Source: Malacoraja senta (Eukaryota). From it: a stretch of 64,000 nucleotides of DNA. How positions within the stretch are numbered: the stretch's first letter is position 1; each line of letters begins with the position of its first letter. Positions 61,023 to 64,000 of this stretch are shown in pieces. The position numbers were made by a program, and so were the translations under genes. The stretch covers positions 5,768,001 to 5,832,000 of the forward strand of contig CM075990.1 in the NCBI GenBank assembly GCA_038087875.1, in the 5' to 3' direction. Under the pieces are notes generated by a model, which was not told where the DNA came from, did no database searches, and saw nothing but the letters and a program-made list of their open reading frames with translations.

Positions 61023-61959
61023 TATATGCCAGCTGAAATCTCAATTTTAAATTTCTGATGCAGAACATAATTCTCCAAAAACCAACCATTAGGAAACGTC
61101 GGTGAGCCATTTGCTGCAATTGAACAATAGGCACTTGAACGTCCTGGAGGAGCAGTGAGAAAATTGCGGTAGGTGTAGCAGGGTAATCCTTTTTGAATAT
61201 CCTTACTGAGAAACTCTCCATTGTGGAAAAACTAACTGCGGGTTCAGTCGTGGGTTCAGTCACTGGTATATGGCCTGTTTAAGTGGTGTGGTGCATACCA
61301 GACAGGAAGCTCAGTCTGGAATAGTCATCATCACAAATATAAATACCTACCTGCTGCTGAATGTCATGAATCTAAGTCATGCTTGTAGACAGAAACACCA
61401 GTTTTGGCTCACAGCTATACATCAATCTCCAACTGGAGTAGCTGTTCCAGATAGTTGTTCCTATTTAAAATAAGAAATGTATCTCCATCCTTAAAACAAA
61501 TTTACTTAAAATATTGAAAAGTAAAACTTGAGCTTTATATTGGTAAGAAAGCTAAATGCTGAAAAATTGTAACAGAAAGGCTGGAAATGTGCATGGATCT
61601 GAATTTGATTTAAACTTCTTTGTGCTATAAACTTCATCAGTGCCTGTTGTTCTGGCCAACTATTAACGACAACTAACATCACTGGAAAAGATTACAGTAA
61701 AACCCAGATAATCAGGTATCCAGTTGTTCAGAACACTCAACGGTTCAGCATATGGTTTGCTCATTAGTCCTTGTTATCCTTAGTCCTCCTCTCTACAGAT
61801 CCACATAATCTCATCTGTTCCTGAGAGTGTGAAACAGATGTGCAGCCATCGTTTGGATTGGGAAAACTCGGGTTCAAGAACATCGGTAGGTGTGTGGTTG
61901 GAGCTGGATTCCAATGAGCAATCTGGTATCTGGAGTGCACGTACATTTACCCTTCAGTC

Positions 61960-62180
61960 AACACAAGGTGCTGGAAGAACCCAAAGGGCCAGGCAGCATC
62001 TGTGGAGGAAATGGATAGGCAATGATTCAGATCGTAACCCTTCTTCAGACCCTCCTTAAGTCTAACGAAGTGTCCCAACCCAAAATATTGCTTGTGCATT
62101 CCCCCCAGGGTGCTGCCTAACTTGCTGAGTTCCTTTGTGTTTTGTCTTTGAGCAAAGATTTGCAGTTGCTTGTGCCTGCA
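61960..62180. mobile_element. Inverted pair of degenerate Penelope pLTR-derived units
   Basis: - unit ...gcagcatctgtggagg..atggataggc...acccttcttcagac (to 62050), then + unit gtctaacgaagtgtcccaacccaaaa...gctgcct.acttgctgagttcc. Confidence 0.55.
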
Positions 62181-62409
62181 TTTTCAGTTTGTTTGACAAA
62201 CTGAAATTAGCAAGCTGAAACTCACCTGGTTCCTTTTTGAACTCACTAGTGCTCAGTTTTCCACTCCCTTCAAACTCACTAGGTTCACTGGAAAATTTAC
62301 AATAGTTCTATTTTTTAAAAAAAAGGAAAAGTGCTTTGGGGGTGCATGAATAACATCCTATAGTATGGACACTCTGCTAGCCTGGCACCATCAACATTCT
62401 GAAGGAGCT

Positions 62410-62702
62410 TGATTAGTTTAATTCCGAGATACATTGTAGAAAGGCGCCCTTTGGCCCACTGAGTCCGTGCCGACCAGTGATCACCCATACACTAGTTCTA
62501 TCCTACACATGGGACAATTTACAGAAACCAATTAACCTACAAACTTGCACATCTTTGGAATGCGCTAGGAATCCGGAGCACTGGAGAAAACCCACGAAAT
62601 CACAGGGAGAACGTACAAACTCTACAGACAGCAATGAGTCAGTATCGAACCAAGGTCTCTGACGCAGTAAGGCGGCAATTCTACCACTGTGCCGGTGCCG
62701 TC
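62410..62702 (-). mobile_element. HE1-like V-SINE
   Basis: Reverse complement of the 4563-4855 family (ggcacagtggtagaattgccgccttac...gagtttgtacgttctccctgtga). Confidence 0.85.
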
Positions 62703-64000
62703 TTAACAATTTTAGTGCATATATAATTATGAACATATGATATGATAGAACTTAATTTATCCCAGGACGGAAATTAATCAATTACTTTGCTGAATTTCCT
62801 CCATTTAAACAGTTTCAAGAGTATTTAATTAGCTTTAAAACATGTTGTTAATATTAGGGGTTATGAAAGGTAGTATGCCAAAGCAAGTTTTATTACTGTA
62901 ACAAAATGTAAACAATGGGAAAATTGGTAAAGAGCAAACTAAAAAATATCTTAGTTCAATAACAGCAAAATGCACATGGAATGTCAATTGTTGTTCTTTT
63001 GAGATTTAGGAATGGCTTCTTCCCAGCACAAGTCTGAAATTGCTCACAGATGACAGAGTTGTATTGCCTTCTACATATAAGAAGCTGTTTATTTTTAAGT
63101 TCAAGGTTTTATTGGAAGGGAGATTGCACTCTGGAGCATTGAGGATGGTTAGACTTGGAAGTAAGTTCACAGCTGCAAAATACAATCTAAACAATCTGGT
63201 GAAAAACAATCACTACTACTTCAGGATGTATTGAAAATAAAGGAGATACAAAATGAGGGCCAAAAAATTAATGTTGCATAGCATTTTAAAATTTAATTCT
63301 AAACTTAGCCCTTCAGGTTAGAACGGGAGGTTGTCTTTAATATGTCACATCCCATCACAATGTGCCATATACTGTACCTGCCTACTTTGAACCTTAATAA
63401 CTATAATGTTAATTATATTTCAGTAAGCCCATTTGAAATGCCTAAATTTGCTTAGGTTCTCATTTTTTTGCATTAGCGCGTTCCACCACCACTAATTCAA
63501 AAGCGGAGCGATGGAATTCTGGCCCATTGGTTAAAAAGAAAAGCATTAGGGTTGTAAAAAGACTACATTGACACGCAAACATCAATCCAATTGTGGCACA
63601 TGCAAAGCTCAGGTGACCTAGCCAACGATGATTTTACAGAAATGCACAGTGCTTATTGACTCACTTGACTGAAATGATGTATGATATCCTGTCCTGACCC
63701 CTGCTGGCAGCTCAACGACAAAAAACTGACAAACCAACTGCTCACAATGTACATATTTGCAAAACTAAAGAATTCCACAGTTTGAGAGGCCATTTGGCTC
63801 ATCATGCCAGTGCCAGCTCTTTGAAAGAGCTAGATTAGTTGATAGTCATATACACCAGGATGCAATTAAATTTAATGTTCACATCAAGCTCACAGAGTAA
63901 ACATTATACATGCAGTAATGATAAATACAAGAAAAATACAAACATACAAACAGCAGAATGGTGCAAGATTGTAATGCAAAGTTTGAGTAATGCAAAAGAG

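Noticed and set aside
60946..61263. 105-aa minus-strand ORF next to the Tc1
   Set aside because: It runs into the Tc1 TIR and has no recognisable domain.
63040..63234. ORF ending YNLNNLVKNNHYYFRMY, reminiscent of a fibronectin type III strand
   Set aside because: The rest of the ORF lacks Fn3 features and there are no convincing splice sites. ADAMTS proteins have no such domain here.
43233..64000. Next ADAMTS exon (expected V.EIYHDESLG-like)
   Set aside because: Not found by eye. It probably lies beyond the window, though I could have missed it.

Overview
AT-rich vertebrate genomic DNA. The repeat content (HE1-like V-SINEs, HER1-like CR1 LINE tails) suggests a cartilaginous fish such as a skate or ray; this is inference. 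The window lies inside a + strand procollagen N-proteinase gene, best matching ADAMTS14. Two coding exons are visible (3140-3287 and 43036-43232), joined in phase across a ~39.7 kb intron, and no further exon was found before the window end. The introns hold many mobile elements: a decayed full-length Gypsy (Mag-like) LTR element with two nested inserts; a structurally complete DIRS1-type tyrosine-recombinase retrotransposon (ITRs, ICR, gag, RT/RNase H, methyltransferase-like domain, intact YR); a full-length L1 with both ORFs open and a 14-bp TSD; a second, 5'-truncated L1; a Tc1 element; and Rex/Babar, RTE, CR1 and SINE fragments. Three observations stand out. First, a family of ~40-420 bp Penelope-derived inserts, most carrying a minimal hammerhead ribozyme motif, with clean TSDs and shared end points. 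Second, a 1.2-kb L1 inter-ORF spacer containing a diverged ~296-bp duplication whose hairpins are conserved. Third, splice-site and ATGA-overlap signals suggesting how the DIRS ORFs are expressed. All family names come from motif recognition by eye; no database search was run.
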